From Orycteropus afer (taxonomy: Eukaryota), in contig NW_006921879.1 in assembly GCF_000298275.1 (NCBI RefSeq), positions 527,152 through 560,907 on the forward strand: a DNA stretch of 33,756 bases. The letters are read 5' to 3'. The notes below the pieces were generated by a model. That model was given only the letters and a program-made list of their open reading frames with translations. It was not told where the DNA came from and made no database searches. Below, in pieces: positions 31,657-33,756 of the stretch. Positions within the stretch are counted from its first letter, which is position 1. Each line of letters opens with the position of its first letter. The translations under genes and the position numbers were made by a program.

Positions 31657-31825
31657 CCCTTGTGGGTTGCTCTTGGGGCAGAGCTTGTCTGCATTCGCAT
31701 CTGTCAGGTAGACCAGGAGTGTGCGGCCTGGCAGTGGGGGCAGGCTGTGCCACACAGACAGGTTCACAGCTGTCTCTAGGGCCTGCCGGTACCGATCCAG
31801 CATCTCACCATCATATTTCCACTGT
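31657..31825 (-). CDS. TEP1: TEP1 TROVE-region exon. It translates to (x)QWKYDGEMLDRYRQALETAVNLSVWHSLPPLPGRTLLVYLTDANADKLCPKSNPQG.
   Basis: The acceptor is tgtctttcctgcctacag|A and the donor is CAAGGG|gtaaac. The exon is 169 nt. Confidence 0.65.
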
Positions 31826-32183
31826 CTGTAGGCAGGAAAGACACAGACAGAGGGACTCAGGGGCTCATCTGACTGCCACTTTGAACCAAACAGGAAGATG
31901 AGAATTTGTCATTCAAGTTCTGAGGCCCCTCCCTCCCTCCTCAAGCACTACCATCTCTTTTTCATAGTCTACTTCCATTGCTGGTATAGAAGACTGGGAC
32001 AGAGCTTCCTTTCGTCCCCATCCTACAGGGTTCTTCTAATCCATTCTCACGGGAGGAGAATGTAGCCGCTCTCTTTTGAATAACTTGTCACGCTTACCAC
32101 ATTAATCCATGCTTACTTCGTAAGTTAGTTTTTTACTGCTACATATTTTTAAACTGCATTTTAAAGAATACTGACCCCTTACT

Positions 32184-32373
32184 AGGAGCTCTGGTAGCAT
32201 AGTACCTAAGACACTTGACTGCTAACCAGAAGGCTGGCAGTTCAAATCCACCAGCCACTCTTCGGACAAAAGGTTGGGCAATCTACTTCCGTAGTGATAC
32301 TGCCTCGGCAACCCAAGGAGGGGTCACTATGAGTCAGGTCCAACTCAATGGCACATAACAACAACAACCCCTT
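32184..32373 (+). mobile_element. AfroSINE, full length. A SINE tail fragment lies at 32455-32545 on the plus strand.
   Basis: The sequence reads GGAGCTCTGGTAGCATAGTACCTAAGACACTTGACTGCTAACCAGAAGGCTGGCAGTTCAAATCCACCAGCC...GGCAACCCAAGGAGGGGTCACTATGAGTCAGGTCCAACTCAATGGCACATAACAACAACAAC. Confidence 0.9.
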
Positions 32374-32864
32374 ACTCAGCAAACTGGCGATTAAAGGAGA
32401 AAGAATTGAACATTCAACCTGCTTTTTCTAAATAAACTATTTCAGGGTAACTAACAGCTTTAGTTAAGGAGGAAATATTTACAGCCTTGGAAATCCAGTG
32501 GGTGCTGCTATGAGACTGAATTGACTCGATGGCAGTGAGCTAACAGCTTTAGTTGACGAGGGAAATTCTTTATAGAATTGCAGCTTGTAAATATAAAGGA
32601 GTGCTAGAAAACCTCTCTTCTGCAATCCCTACTAAAATGACTAGTTCAAGCAAAGATCATCAATAAATGAACCAACTCTACAGTAGAGATCAGGCTATCA
32701 CCACACAAAAGCACTGGTCAATCTTAGGAGTGGGGCACCAGACTTCTGGGGTCTCCTAACAGAATACTATATAAGGTACAGGATCACCTACGAAAGGTTC
32801 TTGCCCCACACCCCAAAAAAAGTTAAATCTGTGCTACTCAAATCTGTGTCTATAGCCTTTAGAG

Positions 32865-33062
32865 CTAATGTCTGTTGTTGTTGTTGTTGTTATGTGCCAT
32901 TGAGTCAAACCCGACTCATAGTGACCCCTCCTTGGGTTTCCGAGGCAGTATCACTATGGAAGTAGGATTGCCCAACCTTCCTTCCGAGGAGTGGCTGGTG
33001 GGTTTGAACCACCAGCTGTCTGATTAGCAGGCAAGTGTCTTAGCCACTATGCTACCAGAGCT
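32865..33062 (-). mobile_element. AfroSINE in inverted orientation.
   Basis: TGTTGTTGTTGTTGTTATGTGCCATTGAGTCAAACCCGACTCATAGTGACCCCTCCTTGGGTTTCCGAGGCAGTATCACTATGGAAGTAG...GCTACCAGAGCT is the reverse complement of the SINE. Confidence 0.9.
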
Positions 33063-33756
33063 AATGTCTATAGTACATGAAATGAATAAACAAATGCCAT
33101 GAGGAAGTACTTAAAGCCAGAATATGGGATACTCTAACAGGACCCCTCAACCTGATTTCACAGCAAGTTATCAGCATGAAAACAAAAGATTAAAAGAGAT
33201 CTAAAGCATGAAAACAAAAGATTTAAGAGACTTAACAATCAAATGCAATATGTAGACCTTGTTTGGATCTCATTTGAACAAAACCGTGAAAAAATACATT
33301 TTTTTATATAATTGGAAAATTTGTATATGGATTGAATAATAGATAATATAAAGAGATTATTTTCAATTTTGTCAAGTAATATTAATGGCATTGTAATTAT
33401 GTAAGAAAAGCCTATTTTTTTAAGAGACACATGCAAAGTATGGAGAGGTAAAATAAAATGTATTATATTATGTGGCATTTATTTTAAAAACATCCTCAGA
33501 GAGAGAAAATGGATCAATAAGGGAAATGTGGTTAAATCCAGATAATTATTTCATCTGGGTAACACATTTATGGGAGTTCATTACACTCTTCTTATAAATT
33601 ATGTGCATATTGAAATTTTTCATGTATTTTTAAATCTAGAGATTTCAGTAGTCTCTACTAATGCTGTCCAGTAGGATTAAATTACAATTAAATTTACATA
33701 TTTAATTTTAAACTTTTTAGAAGCTACATTAAAAAAAGTAAAAAAAAAAAAAAAAA
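33063..33756. repeat. AT-rich low-complexity block ending in an A17 run. It is unclassified and may be the 3' end of a retroelement.
   Basis: About 75 percent A+T, with a terminal run of 17 A at the window end. No convincing ORF or recognisable repeat consensus was found. Confidence 0.4.

Overview
This window is mammalian nuclear DNA, not a prokaryotic accessory region. It holds two host genes arranged tail-to-tail. On the plus strand, the last nine coding exons of PARP2 lie at 105-3440, covering the regulatory and catalytic domains, the stop codon and the polyA signals. On the minus strand, a large 3' portion of TEP1 (telomerase/vault-associated protein 1) runs from about 9.6 kb to the window end. 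I can follow a chain of about 30 TEP1 exons: the TROVE-domain C-terminus, the linker, the NACHT P-loop NTPase, a helical domain and the WD40 array. Exon boundaries were placed by hand from AG/GT sites, polypyrimidine tracts and reading-frame continuity across exons. Introns and the intergenic space contain many tRNA-derived AfroSINE copies in both orientations, with the tail ...GGAAACCCAAGGAGGGGTCACTATGAGT...CAACAACAAC. These place the sequence in Afrotheria (an elephant-like genome). There is also a 5'-intact, internally deleted L1 with an open ORF1, a MIR, and (CATA)n microsatellites. No CRISPR array, operon, defence island or other prokaryotic-style system is present. The most useful items are an unresolved stretch of TEP1 gene structure at 21.9-23.2 kb, inverted SINE pairs that could form dsRNA, and an L1 inserted between the two converging 3' ends.
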